Assembly (NCBI GenBank): GCA_964601095.1
Contig: CAZRMG010000002.1
Span: 3,202 to 29,437 of the forward strand
Source of the DNA: an uncultured Melioribacteraceae bacterium
GTDB lineage: Bacteria > Bacteroidota > Ignavibacteria > Ignavibacteriales > Melioribacteraceae
Length of the DNA: 26,236 bases
Reading direction: 5' to 3'
Shown: piece after piece, positions 8,478 to 17,976 of the stretch
Numbering within the stretch: the first letter of the stretch is position 1
Layout of the letters: each line of letters starts with the position of its first letter
Made by a program: the position numbers and the translations under genes
The notes under the pieces: generated by a model
What the model was told of the DNA's origin: nothing
Databases searched by the model: none
The model's input: the letters and a program-made list of their open reading frames with translations, nothing else

Positions 8478-9614
8478 TTGACCGGATATTTTATGGGGGT
8501 ATTAGTACGCGAGGTTCAAAGCAACGGCGATTTGAAGAAATTTATAAAGCTGCCTTTCGAAATTTATAAAAACAACAAATACTGGGTTCCCCCTTTATTG
8601 TTGGATGAAAAAAATAATTTAAACCGCAAAAAAAATCCTGCCTTTGATTTTTGCGAGGCAAAATACTGGCTCGCATTTAAGAACGATAGCGTTGTTGGAA
8701 GAATTGCAGGTATAATAAACCATAGATACAACGAAAAGGTTGGCAAGAAAACCGCTCGTTTCAGTTATCTCGATTTTATTGACGACACTGAAGTTGTCGA
8801 TAATCTTTTTTTTACCGCAGAAAGTTGGGCAAAAGAAAACGGCGCAACTTCAATTCATGGTCCCCTTGGTTTTACGGATATGGATCCTGAAGGAATGTTG
8901 ATTGAAGGATTTGAAGAACTCGGTACAATAGCAACTATTTACAATCATCAATATTATTCAAAACATATTGAACGACTCGGCTTCACAAAAGAGATCGATT
9001 GGATTGAATACGAAATATATCCGACAAAAGAGACACCGGAGAAGATTGAGAGAATTGCAAATATTGTTTTGGAAAGATATAAACTGAGTGTTCTTAAAGT
9101 AAAAAAAGCAAAGGAACTTTTACCGTACGCACATCAAATTTTTGAGGTTTTGAATCTTGCATACAAAGATATTCACGGATTTGTCTCTTTAACGGAAAAA
9201 CAAATCGATCTTTATGTAAAACAGTATTTCGGTTTTATTAAACCGGATTTTGTTCCGGTGATAGTAAATGAACAAAACGAAGTTGTTGCGTTTGGAATTA
9301 CAATGCCATCTCTTTCAAAGGCGTTTCAGAAAATACGCGGGCGGCTTTTACCATTTGGATTTCTATACATTTTGAAAGCTATGAAGAACAATCCCCGCGC
9401 AGATTTATATCTTACGGGCGTTAGGCCGGATTATCAAGACAAGGGTGTAAATGCCGTATTAATAAGCGAAACGAATAAGACTTATAAAAAATATAACATT
9501 CAAGTTGTCGAATCGAATCAAGAACTTGAAAACAACACAAAGGTTCAAGCCCAATGGCGTTTGTACGAAAGACGCCAACACAAGAGAAGACGCTGTTATA
9601 TAAAGCAATTATGA
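8478..9614 (+). CDS. GNAT-fold acyltransferase of the YghO / bacterial ceramide synthase (bCerS)-like family (probable start ATG 8493)
   Basis: 378 aa. FIKLPFEIYKNNKYWVPPLL, VVGRIAGIIN, HGPLGFTDMDPEGMLIEGF, YNHQYYSKHIERLGF, GVRPDYQDKGVNA and ESNQELENN are recognisable family motifs. Confidence 0.8.
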   Translation: MTGYFMGVLVREVQSNGDLKKFIKLPFEIYKNNKYWVPPLLLDEKNNLNRKKNPAFDFCEAKYWLAFKNDSVVGRIAGIINHRYNEKVGKKTARFSYLDFIDDTEVVDNLFFTAESWAKENGATSIHGPLGFTDMDPEGMLIEGFEELGTIATIYNHQYYSKHIERLGFTKEIDWIEYEIYPTKETPEKIERIANIVLERYKLSVLKVKKAKELLPYAHQIFEVLNLAYKDIHGFVSLTEKQIDLYVKQYFGFIKPDFVPVIVNEQNEVVAFGITMPSLSKAFQKIRGRLLPFGFLYILKAMKNNPRADLYLTGVRPDYQDKGVNAVLISETNKTYKKYNIQVVESNQELENNTKVQAQWRLYERRQHKRRRCYIKQL

Positions 9615-9674
9615 GTTGTGAATTTGAAACTATAAACGTTTATTAGTTTTTGCTATTAGGGGTTTATCGATTTT

Positions 9675-10466
9675 CTATTCTTTTAAAAAATCTTTCACCG
9701 TTGCTATCATATTTCTGTTCATCAAAATTTTATAATGACCGTAACCACTTGAGTAGAATGTCTTGATTCTGGAATTTGATGCGGCTATCTCAACTGCGTC
9801 TTCCACGGGTACTTCGTCGTCGTCGCTATCATGAACCAAAAGAATTTTTTTATCTAACATTTTTACGGCATTTGTAGTTAAGTAATCATCGACTGAAAAA
9901 TTAAATTCATGCTGAAGTTCGGTTTCCAATGTTTCTGCATTTTCGGCAGAAAGATTATTGTTTCTGCAAAATGATTTTATTAATCCCGAAATACTTTTCG
10001 GCGCACTTATCAGAACCAATTTTTCGATATCTACTTTGTAATCGTTAAAATTTTTTTGACCGGCAGCAATGACGGCAGAAGAAGCTGCGCCAAGTGAATA
10101 GCCTACAATTGCATAAACCGGACTTATTTTTTTCCCAACCGCCGCAATCGTCATGCAAAACTCAAACATACTTGAGTAGATTACTTCATTAGATTCTTTA
10201 ATTGATGAATGCCCCGGCGCATCGAAAGCAACTACGCGGAACCCGGATTCCGACAACTGCCGCGCTATCGGCGCCATATGGCTTGCCCGCGAACCCCATC
10301 CGTGTGCAAGTAATACTGTTTTTCCTTCTCCCCATTCGTAACATTGAATTGTCTTATCGCCGGAATAAATTTCAAATCTTTTAACAGACGAGATTGCTTT
10401 AATATCGAATGATGTAATTGGAGATTTTGGAACTGTACAAAATTTTTCTACCAACTCTGAATACAT
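9675..10466 (-). CDS. Alpha/beta-fold hydrolase
   Basis: LAHGWGS oxyanion region, GYSLG nucleophile elbow, HDSDDDEV acid, GYGH His. ATG at 10466 has a GGGGG SD, preferred over the TTG at 10487. Confidence 0.88.
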   Translation of the reverse strand: MYSELVEKFCTVPKSPITSFDIKAISSVKRFEIYSGDKTIQCYEWGEGKTVLLAHGWGSRASHMAPIARQLSESGFRVVAFDAPGHSSIKESNEVIYSSMFEFCMTIAAVGKKISPVYAIVGYSLGAASSAVIAAGQKNFNDYKVDIEKLVLISAPKSISGLIKSFCRNNNLSAENAETLETELQHEFNFSVDDYLTTNAVKMLDKKILLVHDSDDDEVPVEDAVEIAASNSRIKTFYSSGYGHYKILMNRNMIATVKDFLKE

Positions 10467-10504
10467 GCATTTCCCCCGAAAATACAAAACGTTAATAGGT
10501 ATTG

Positions 10505-11329
10505 TTAAAATACATTTATAATTTTTTTTGTATCTACCTTTATCGTGCTTATCAATTCCGGCAGTTTTTCGTTTTCTTTGTAGTAAATTCTTTCGAGAAA
10601 AAGTCCTGAAGGGGGCGCTGTAAATTTTGCCGGCGTTGGTGATTCGTGTTCTAAAAAATAAATTAAATCTTTCTCTGTTAATTTACCGCGTCCTATTTCG
10701 GCTAACACTCCGACCATTCTTCGAACCTGTTTCCACAAAAAATGCGAACCGATAATCCTTATCAAAATTAATTCGCCTTCTTCTTTCATTTGTACATCTT
10801 TAATTAAAACTTTTGTCGACTTGTCTTGGTCGTCTTTATCAGCAAATGAAATAAAATCGCGCATGCCGATGAAATGTTTTGATGCTTTTTCCATCTTATT
10901 AAAATCAAGCTGATCTTTAATCCACCAAACAAACGGTTTGCCAAAAGCAGTGCGTCTTCTTGAAATTTGATATAGATAACTTCTACTTGTTGTATCGTGC
11001 CTCGCGTGAAATTTTTGCGGAGCTTTTTCAACTTCAATAATATTTATATCCGCGGGTAATTCATCGTTAAACTTCATCCTAATGATTTCCGGTGCAAGCA
11101 TTGTTTTTACTTCGAGATGCGCAATCTGGCAAAGAGCATGAACGCCGGAATCGGTTCTGCCCGATCCGTAAATTTCCAAACGCTCATCCTTAAAACGAGA
11201 ATGTTTGTTCATAAAAATTTTTTCTGCGATTTCGTAAAGTTTACCTTGAACGCTTTTTGCGTTTTTCTGCATCTGCCAGCCGCTGTAACGCGTGCCTTCG
11301 TATTCTATGTAAAGTTTGAAACGCGACAT
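10505..11329 (-). CDS. truA: tRNA pseudouridine(38-40) synthase, TruA family
   Basis: YIEYEGTRYSGWQ, GSGRTDSGVHA (catalytic Asp), FHAR, GSHFLWKQVRRMVG and TAPPSGLFL motifs. ATG at 11329 chosen as start. Confidence 0.9.
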   Translation of the reverse strand: MSRFKLYIEYEGTRYSGWQMQKNAKSVQGKLYEIAEKIFMNKHSRFKDERLEIYGSGRTDSGVHALCQIAHLEVKTMLAPEIIRMKFNDELPADINIIEVEKAPQKFHARHDTTSRSYLYQISRRRTAFGKPFVWWIKDQLDFNKMEKASKHFIGMRDFISFADKDDQDKSTKVLIKDVQMKEEGELILIRIIGSHFLWKQVRRMVGVLAEIGRGKLTEKDLIYFLEHESPTPAKFTAPPSGLFLERIYYKENEKLPELISTIKVDTKKIINVF

Positions 11330-11527
11330 AAACAATTCCCATTAAAATCCATGCAAATGTATGAAACAAATAAGCGTGTTGCATATTTATAGTTAAAGAA
11401 TGATTTTAAAACATGCTTTATAATTAAGGATGTTATCGTGGAAAACAGTTCTCTTACCAATTATGGCAGATTCTATTTGATAAGAACTGGTAAATAAGTT
11501 TCGAAACAGGAACACAAAAAAATAATA

Positions 11528-11980
11528 GTGAGCGGGCAATTGAATAAATTATTCCCTGATCTAAAGATTATTGAAACCAATTATTTTGAAGTACACCAAG
11601 ACTGGGAAGTACCTATCCCCGGTTTTTTTATACTTGTACCTAAAAGAAAAATCAGATCTATTGATGAATTTACACATGAAGAGTCTTTGGAATACATAAA
11701 TCTTATTCGTAAAATCCGAGCTGCCATGAGAGAGAAAATAAATATTGAAAATGTTTATTTTTTCCAAAACGAGGATACAAAACACAATTATCATCTATGG
11801 ATTTTTCCGCGTTACGAATGGATGAAAGCGTTTGGAGGAGGAATTAATTCCGTAAAACCTATAATGAATTACGCGGTCGAAAATATGATTGATAAAAGCA
11901 ACATTGACGACGTACATACATGCGCGGCGAAAATGAAGAAATACATATCCGACAAATTTAAATTTAACAGCAAACATTAA
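11528..11980 (+). CDS. HIT-like nucleotide hydrolase family protein with a non-canonical triad
   Basis: 150 aa. PIPGFFILVPKRKIRSIDEFT and QNEDTKHNYHLWIFPRY match HIT-fold motifs. GTG start; convergent stop shares TTAA with the kinase gene. Confidence 0.75.
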   Translation: MSGQLNKLFPDLKIIETNYFEVHQDWEVPIPGFFILVPKRKIRSIDEFTHEESLEYINLIRKIRAAMREKINIENVYFFQNEDTKHNYHLWIFPRYEWMKAFGGGINSVKPIMNYAVENMIDKSNIDDVHTCAAKMKKYISDKFKFNSKH

Positions 11981-12897
11981 ATCATTCTTGACAGGAAATA
12001 TATTTCATCCTTTAGTATTTCCGCTTTTAAAGGAATCTTTCCTATCATCTCACCGTCGGCTTCAATTAAACACGGTTCGCCCACCGGTTCAATTGTACAA
12101 CTTTCAAATTCCTTGTAATACAATTCAGGGTGCTCAATAAATTTACCGCTGCGTATTCTAAAAATATTCTTTAAGTAGTCAAAAAGACTAACGTTTCCAG
12201 CCAAAGTTATTGAGAATTTTCCATCGTTAACTTTCGCGTGCGGTGCAATGCACAAGCCGCTTCCGAAATATTTTCCATTTGCAATACACAAAATCAATAA
12301 ACTTCCGGTCCACTTAAATTCACCGGATTCAATGTTTAATTTTTTTCTTTTATAATTTATGAATCCGAGAAGAGTGGCTTTAAAAAAATCGAAATTTGGT
12401 CCGTAAATTTTTTTGCCTTCGTTCACTCTTTTTGCAACTTCGGCACCGAGGCCAATATCTGCAATGTTATTAAAATATCTAACGCCGTCTTCGCCGTTCA
12501 TTTTTTTATATTCAAGCTTTCCGATATCTATTTTGTTAATTGAGTTTTGTTTTATCAATTCATAAAGGTCATTTAAATTTTTAGACAATTTCATAGTGCG
12601 GGAAAAATCATTACCGCTGCCAAGAGGATATAATCCAACGATCAAATTTTCTCTTTTTTCTTTTTCTACAAGCATAATTCCGTTTACAACCTCGCTCATT
12701 GTTCCGTCGCCGCCTGCTGCGATTATATAATCTGTTCCTTCAATCACTGCTTTTTTTGATAACGCGATGGCATTGCCGTTTCCGTTTGTGATGGCAACCG
12801 TTACAGAAAACTCATTGTCGAAAATTTTGTGGATTTCTTTTTTGGTGTGTCCGGCGTGTTTTAATCTGCCGTTTAAAACAAAGTATATTTTTTTCAA
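11977..12897 (-). CDS. Diacylglycerol-kinase-family lipid kinase (YegS/Rv2252/BmrU)
   Basis: 306 aa. AAGGDGTMSEVVNG, PLGSGNDF, NGKYFGSG and EADGE motifs. TTG start overlaps the upstream TGA (TTGA). Confidence 0.92.
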   Translation of the reverse strand: MKKIYFVLNGRLKHAGHTKKEIHKIFDNEFSVTVAITNGNGNAIALSKKAVIEGTDYIIAAGGDGTMSEVVNGIMLVEKEKRENLIVGLYPLGSGNDFSRTMKLSKNLNDLYELIKQNSINKIDIGKLEYKKMNGEDGVRYFNNIADIGLGAEVAKRVNEGKKIYGPNFDFFKATLLGFINYKRKKLNIESGEFKWTGSLLILCIANGKYFGSGLCIAPHAKVNDGKFSITLAGNVSLFDYLKNIFRIRSGKFIEHPELYYKEFESCTIEPVGEPCLIEADGEMIGKIPLKAEILKDEIYFLSRMI

Positions 12898-13103
12898 GAA
12901 TGATTTCTCATAATTTTATTTTCGGTTTGATTAAAATATTCAAACAAATGTCCACAAACCAAACACAATCTTGATGATTTTTCGTCGGATACTTTCTTGG
13001 GATCAAGAATAATAGTTGAGTATAATCCGCAAGCCGGGCATTTAACAGCATATGGATTCTCTATTGGGAAATTCTTTTCGTCCTTTTCTTCAGTTTTGAC
13101 CAT
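12894..13103 (-). CDS. Small stand-alone zinc-ribbon protein (CxxC-x21-CxxCGH)
   Basis: 69 aa with CPAC...CLVCGHLF. It fills the gap exactly: ATG 1 nt after the pabC stop, and its stop overlaps the kinase start. Confidence 0.65.
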   Translation of the reverse strand: MVKTEEKDEKNFPIENPYAVKCPACGLYSTIILDPKKVSDEKSSRLCLVCGHLFEYFNQTENKIMRNHS

Positions 13104-13104
13104 T

Positions 13105-13716
13105 TTAATATCCAGTTTTTATAACATCAATTGGTAAAACCGTCGCATCCTTGAATTCAACCATCGCATTTATCAATTTAATATTCTTGTAAGTATATAA
13201 ATCACTCGTTTTTATACTCCGCTCTATCACTCTTTTTTCGGACAGAAGTTTCGCACGCTGTGTGCCGGGTAAAAGACATTCTTTGGGTGTGAACCAATCT
13301 TTGCCGTCATAAAACAAAACATTTGAAAATGATGCGTCCGTAACAAAACCGTTTTTAATAATTAAAATATCTTCTTCGGCAGAGTTTGTGTTTTTCTGTT
13401 TTAATTTATCAATTGCCGATCTGTCGGTAAATTTATACTTGTAGGAAATTTCATCAGCATTAACCGAAATAAGTTTCTTAATATTTTTTCTTTCGTATTC
13501 TACAAATTCTATTCTATGAATTTCATAATCATAAAAAACACGGCATTTGTAAATTGTGTTTTTCAAATCATAAGGAATAGAAATTATGTTTTCAATATTA
13601 AGTTGTTTATTAATCTTCATAACATCGCGGCGGGTTTTGTTAAATCTTTCGTTGTGAAAGGAAATATTTGCCGGTTTCCCGTTTTCTATTTTTATCGATT
13701 CAAAAAATAGGGACAT
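13105..13716 (-). CDS. pabC: Aminotransferase class IV / 4-amino-4-deoxychorismate lyase-like
   Basis: 203 aa. FFESIKIENG, HNERFNKT, YKYKFTDR, VTDASFSNV and LLPGTQRAKLL; overlaps pabB by 17 bp. Confidence 0.82.
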   Translation of the reverse strand: MSLFFESIKIENGKPANISFHNERFNKTRRDVMKINKQLNIENIISIPYDLKNTIYKCRVFYDYEIHRIEFVEYERKNIKKLISVNADEISYKYKFTDRSAIDKLKQKNTNSAEEDILIIKNGFVTDASFSNVLFYDGKDWFTPKECLLPGTQRAKLLSEKRVIERSIKTSDLYTYKNIKLINAMVEFKDATVLPIDVIKTGY

Positions 13717-14671
13717 AAACTTTATCTATTAACTCTTGATATTCTTGTTCGGGATTACTCATAAATGTAATTCCACCTCCGCTTTTAAAATACAAACCGC
13801 CTTCTATTTTTTCTACAAAGCGAATCATAACAGCGCTGTCTAAATCCTTTCCGTCATAAATTCCAAAGATACCGGTGTAATAACCTCGATCATAATTTTC
13901 TGTTTTCTCAATTATTTCAAGAGTTTTTTTCTTCGGAGCACCGCTAATTGATCCTGCAGGCAGCAAGTTAAAAATAATATCACCCAATGATTCATTATAT
14001 TTTTCAGGCAGCATTCCTGAAATTTGAGAGCTGACCTGAAGCAAATTTTTATTGTGTGTTTCAATTATTTCCACATACCTGAATTTATCAACTTTTACAT
14101 TTCGTGCAACAATGCTAAGATCGTTGCGGATCAAATCAACAATTGTGATGTGTTCAGCTTTTTCTTTTTCATCGTTTAGAATTATCTGTTCTGCGTCCTC
14201 GATATCCGCATCAATTGTGCCCTTCATCGGGTGCGAATAAATATTTCCGTCTTTAATAGTTACAAATGTTTCGGGTGAAAACACAACGAATTGATTTTGG
14301 AAATACAGCTTGTATTTTGCTTTCGAAGCATGAAATATTTCCTGCAAAGAATAATTCGTTTCAATTTTAGTAGGAAATGTTAAATTTAATAAATACGTAT
14401 TACCCGCTTTTATATTCTCTTCAACAACATTAAATGCTGTTTTATATCTTTCGAAACTTACGGGATGTTTTTTAAACTCCAACTTTTTGTTTATAACAAA
14501 ATCATCGGGGTAGTTTTTATGATTATTCACTTTATATAAAATTAAATCCTGACTTACATCACCAAGCGGTATTACGAAGGGGAAATTCATTTTAAAATCT
14601 ATGATAAACAAGAATGGAATTCCGGCTTTACCGAGCCGGTTCATTTCCATAATTGCAACATTTGAATTCAT
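13700..14671 (-). CDS. pabB: Aminodeoxychorismate synthase component I, short form
   Basis: 323 aa. GNTYLLNLT, SPETF, PMKGT, EKAEHITIVDLIRNDL, PAGSISGAPK, RGYYTG, SAVMIRF and SGGGIT chorismate-binding motifs. Confidence 0.9.
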   Translation of the reverse strand: MNSNVAIMEMNRLGKAGIPFLFIIDFKMNFPFVIPLGDVSQDLILYKVNNHKNYPDDFVINKKLEFKKHPVSFERYKTAFNVVEENIKAGNTYLLNLTFPTKIETNYSLQEIFHASKAKYKLYFQNQFVVFSPETFVTIKDGNIYSHPMKGTIDADIEDAEQIILNDEKEKAEHITIVDLIRNDLSIVARNVKVDKFRYVEIIETHNKNLLQVSSQISGMLPEKYNESLGDIIFNLLPAGSISGAPKKKTLEIIEKTENYDRGYYTGIFGIYDGKDLDSAVMIRFVEKIEGGLYFKSGGGITFMSNPEQEYQELIDKVYVPIF

Positions 14672-14745
14672 TGTGATTTTAACTTTCTGTCTTTGACGAG
14701 CTTATTAAACATAGAAAGAAATATATTTTATCATATCATAAAATT

Positions 14746-15951
14746 TTAGATCGTATGTAATTCTTCCTTTAACGCATCGCCTATAATTTGTATTCCGCGT
14801 TGAATTTTATCTTCCGGCGTGTGCGAATACGATAGTCTGAAATGCGTATTATCTTTTCCTTCGGGGTCGAAAGTTTTGCCTACAACGAAAACCGCACCTT
14901 TTGAAATTGTTTTTTTGAGAACCGAAACAACATCAATTTGCGGTGGAAGTTTACACCAGATATAAAATCCTCCGCGCGGCTCGGTCCATGTTATTTCACC
15001 GGGAAAATATTTTTTTATGGCTTCAACCATAGAATCTTTACGGCGTTTATAAATTTTACGTAGGTCTGCGATATAATTATAAATTCCGCCGTTTTTTACA
15101 AATTCATTTGCAAGCACTTGTGTAAAATTAGGCGAGCATGCATCAATAGATTGTTTACACAATTCCGCTTTTTTATAAATGTCTTCGGGAACAAGCATCC
15201 AGCCCAATCGAAATCCCGGCCCTAATATTTTTGAAAACGCACCCGTATAACAAATCGTTAATTCTTTATCGTACATTGCTTTCATCGGGAGACATCTTTC
15301 TTTGTCCTCGTCGTCAAAATACAAATCGCCGTATGCATCGTCTTCAATTAAAGGAAGATCATATTCTTTAAGAAGTGCGAGGACTTCCTTTTTCCTTTCT
15401 TGAGTATATAATGTCCCGGCGGGATTATGAAAATTCAAAGTTAGATAAACAAATTTCGGCGGATTTTTTTTGTTCTGCTGTAAATATTTTTTTAAAATAT
15501 CTACATCTATTCCATCTTCATTTAAATCAATTCCTTTTAATTCGGCTTGATAAGATTTAAATGCCGAGATCGCCCCTATAAAACAAGGGTTTTCTGTTAC
15601 TACTTTATCGCCGGGATCTACAAAAACTTTTGCCAAAATATTAATCGCTTGGAGAGAACCTGTCGTTATCAAAAGTTTATTGTTATCAACGGGCAAACCT
15701 TTTTTCCGCAAATGTTCTTTCAATGTTTCGAGAAGCGGCGGATAGCCCGGCGTTGGTCCGTACTGAAAACCATCCTGTTTTGTTTTAAGAGGAAGTGAAT
15801 TATAAATTTCATCAATCTGTTTAACAGGAAAAAGCTCGTTGCCCGGCATTCCTCCAGCGAAGGAAATTATATCGGGACTTGTTGCAAGACTCATCAAATC
15901 ACGTATTTCAGATGTACGAAGCGAATCAACAACTTTTGAAAATTTTACCAT
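14746..15951 (-). CDS. PLP-dependent class I/II aminotransferase (LysN/aromatic aminotransferase-like, no HTH)
   Basis: 401 aa. ISFAGGMP, NFHNPAG, EDDAYGDL and FSKILGPGFRLGW (PLP lysine) motifs. Confidence 0.92.
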   Translation of the reverse strand: MVKFSKVVDSLRTSEIRDLMSLATSPDIISFAGGMPGNELFPVKQIDEIYNSLPLKTKQDGFQYGPTPGYPPLLETLKEHLRKKGLPVDNNKLLITTGSLQAINILAKVFVDPGDKVVTENPCFIGAISAFKSYQAELKGIDLNEDGIDVDILKKYLQQNKKNPPKFVYLTLNFHNPAGTLYTQERKKEVLALLKEYDLPLIEDDAYGDLYFDDEDKERCLPMKAMYDKELTICYTGAFSKILGPGFRLGWMLVPEDIYKKAELCKQSIDACSPNFTQVLANEFVKNGGIYNYIADLRKIYKRRKDSMVEAIKKYFPGEITWTEPRGGFYIWCKLPPQIDVVSVLKKTISKGAVFVVGKTFDPEGKDNTHFRLSYSHTPEDKIQRGIQIIGDALKEELHTI

Positions 15952-15974
15952 TTTTCTCTCTCAAACTTTTTTAT

Positions 15975-16039
15975 TGGTACACAGAAAATTATGATTAATC
16001 ATGATTTTTCATAAATGATCATATTAAATCTGTGTTCCA
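15975..16039. repeat. Intergenic inverted-repeat (REP/MITE-like) element sharing termini with 501-540
   Basis: TGGTACACAGA ... TCTGTGTTCCA (10/11 complementary) enclosing ATGATT/AATCAT repeats. The termini match GGAACRCAGA...TYTGYGTTCCAT of the first element. Confidence 0.55.
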
Positions 16040-16042
16040 TTT

Positions 16043-16468
16043 TTATAATTCGTAAATGTCGTTTGCTTTAACCAATTCCAATTTGTGTTTTTCAAGAATT
16101 GTAATTGTTTGTTCGACAGCTTCTGTTTTAATAATAACAGTAGCGCGGTTACTTAATGCAAAAGCATACATATATTCTACATCAATTCCTTCCGAGGAAA
16201 GAATTTTTAAAGCCCTGTGTAAACCGCCCGGTTCATTCGGAACTACAAGACCTATTACTTTTGTGATATGAACAGAAAATCCTTTTTCCTTCAAAACTTT
16301 TTCTGCTTCTTCGGGTTTATTAACTATAAGCCGCAAAATTCCATAGTCGGCAGTATCAGCAACACTAAACGCCGACATATTAATACCTGCAGAAGTTAAA
16401 ACTTCCGTAACTTCGGTAAGCCGCCCTGATTTGTTTTCAAGAAATATTGATAGTTGTTTTATAATCAT
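16043..16468 (-). CDS. Tandem ACT-domain protein of the type that accompanies phenylacetate-CoA ligase
   Basis: 141 aa. QLSIFLENKSGRL, SVADTADYGILRLIV, VPNEPGGL and VEYMYAF; 9 bp downstream of paaK. Confidence 0.92.
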   Translation of the reverse strand: MIIKQLSIFLENKSGRLTEVTEVLTSAGINMSAFSVADTADYGILRLIVNKPEEAEKVLKEKGFSVHITKVIGLVVPNEPGGLHRALKILSSEGIDVEYMYAFALSNRATVIIKTEAVEQTITILEKHKLELVKANDIYEL

Positions 16469-16477
16469 ATCAACCTT

Positions 16478-17776
16478 CTATAATTTTCTTTTGTCAATCA
16501 CGCGTTTAGCTTTTCCTTCACTGCGCTCGATTGTTTTCGGTTCAACAAGTTTTACATTTGCGTTTATCCCGAGCGCCGATTCGATATTGTGCTGAATTTT
16601 GTTTTTCAATCCTTCGAGTTTTTTAATTTCATCTGAGAAGAATTGGTCTTCAACTTCAACCCACACTTCAAGAATATCGAGATTGTTGACTCTATCAACA
16701 ATCAATAAATAGTGCGGCTTTGTTTCACTCATTTCCAAAAGTACCGTTTCAATCTGCGAAGGAAAAACATTTACTCCGCGGATAATCAACATGTCGTCAG
16801 ATCTTCCCAAACATTTTTGCATTCGAACAATGGTTCTTCCGCAAGAACATTTTTCATAATTCAAAGTTGTTAAATCGCGCGTACGGTAACGGAGAAGCGG
16901 TAAAGCTTCTTTTGTAATACACGTGAAAACGAGCTCACCGATTTGTCCTTCCGGTAAAACTTCGAGCGTTTGCGGATCAATAATTTCCGGAACGAAGTGA
17001 TCTTCAAAAATATGAAGACCTTGTTGGTGTAAACATTCTGAAGCAACGCCCGGGCCGATTATCTCGCTTAGTCCATAAATATCTATGGCTTTTATTTTTA
17101 ATTTGTCCTCAATTTCGCGGCGCATTTCTTCAGTCCACGGTTCAGCACCGAAAACACCGGCTTTTAATTTTAATGCATCGGGAGAAATTCCGTTTTCATT
17201 CATTGCTTCGGCAAGATATAAAGCATAAGAAGGTGTGCATGCAATAATTGTTGAACCAAAATCCTGCATAAGTTGTAATTGTCTCTGTGTGTTTCCTCCG
17301 GAAATTGGAATTACAGTTGCACCAATTTTTTCCGCACCGTAATGAACTCCCAATCCCCCGGTAAACAATCCATAGCCGTAAGCAATATGAAGAACATCAT
17401 TTTTACCCGCGCCGGCTGCGGTTAAAGTACGCGCCACAACTTCCGACCAAATTTCAATATCCTTTCTTGTGTAGCCGACAACGGTCGGTTTGCCTGTTGT
17501 ACCGCTTGAAGCATGAACGCGCACAACTTCTGATTTGGGAACTGCGAATAAACCGAAGGGGTAATTATCGCGTAAATCTTGTTTGGTTGTGAAAGGTAAA
17601 TTTTTTAGTTGATCGATGTTTTTAATATCGCCCGGTTCAATTCCGTTTCTTTGAAATAAGCCGCGGTAAAAAGGAACATTGTAATAAAGTCGGTGAATCA
17701 TCGCCGATAAACGCTCGCCCTGAAGTTTTACAAGTTTTTCGCGTTCCATGCATTCGATGTAATCGTTCCAGATCAT
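16478..17776 (-). CDS. paaK: Phenylacetate--CoA ligase (AMP-forming aryl-acetate CoA ligase)
   Basis: 432 aa. [11 protein letters not shown]-loop, [43 protein letters not shown] and [11 protein letters not shown]. Confidence 0.95.
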   Translation of the reverse strand: MIWNDYIECMEREKLVKLQGERLSAMIHRLYYNVPFYRGLFQRNGIEPGDIKNIDQLKNLPFTTKQDLRDNYPFGLFAVPKSEVVRVHASSGTTGKPTVVGYTRKDIEIWSEVVARTLTAAGAGKNDVLHIAYGYGLFTGGLGVHYGAEKIGATVIPISGGNTQRQLQLMQDFGSTIIACTPSYALYLAEAMNENGISPDALKLKAGVFGAEPWTEEMRREIEDKLKIKAIDIYGLSEIIGPGVASECLHQQGLHIFEDHFVPEIIDPQTLEVLPEGQIGELVFTCITKEALPLLRYRTRDLTTLNYEKCSCGRTIVRMQKCLGRSDDMLIIRGVNVFPSQIETVLLEMSETKPHYLLIVDRVNNLDILEVWVEVEDQFFSDEIKKLEGLKNKIQHNIESALGINANVKLVEPKTIERSEGKAKRVIDKRKL

Positions 17777-17976
17777 AAAAGAATGTGTGGTGTTTTGTGT
17801 GTTTAGATTTATAGTTTATTATTTACGCATAAAAATAGACAACGTCGTCAAGAGTTGCAATTAAAGATGATTTTTATGTTCGCGACTTAAACAATCAATT
17901 CTCTTGCGGGACTTTATCTAATGCCGTAATTTTTCAATTAGATAATTTAATCTAATTTATAAGCGAGATTTCTGTT

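Noticed and set aside
14746-15951. MocR/GabR transcription factor call
   Set aside because: No N-terminal GntR HTH; at 401 aa it is enzyme-only length.
17823-17851. TTGACG as a -35 element for paaK
   Set aside because: No acceptable -10 hexamer at 16-18 nt spacing.
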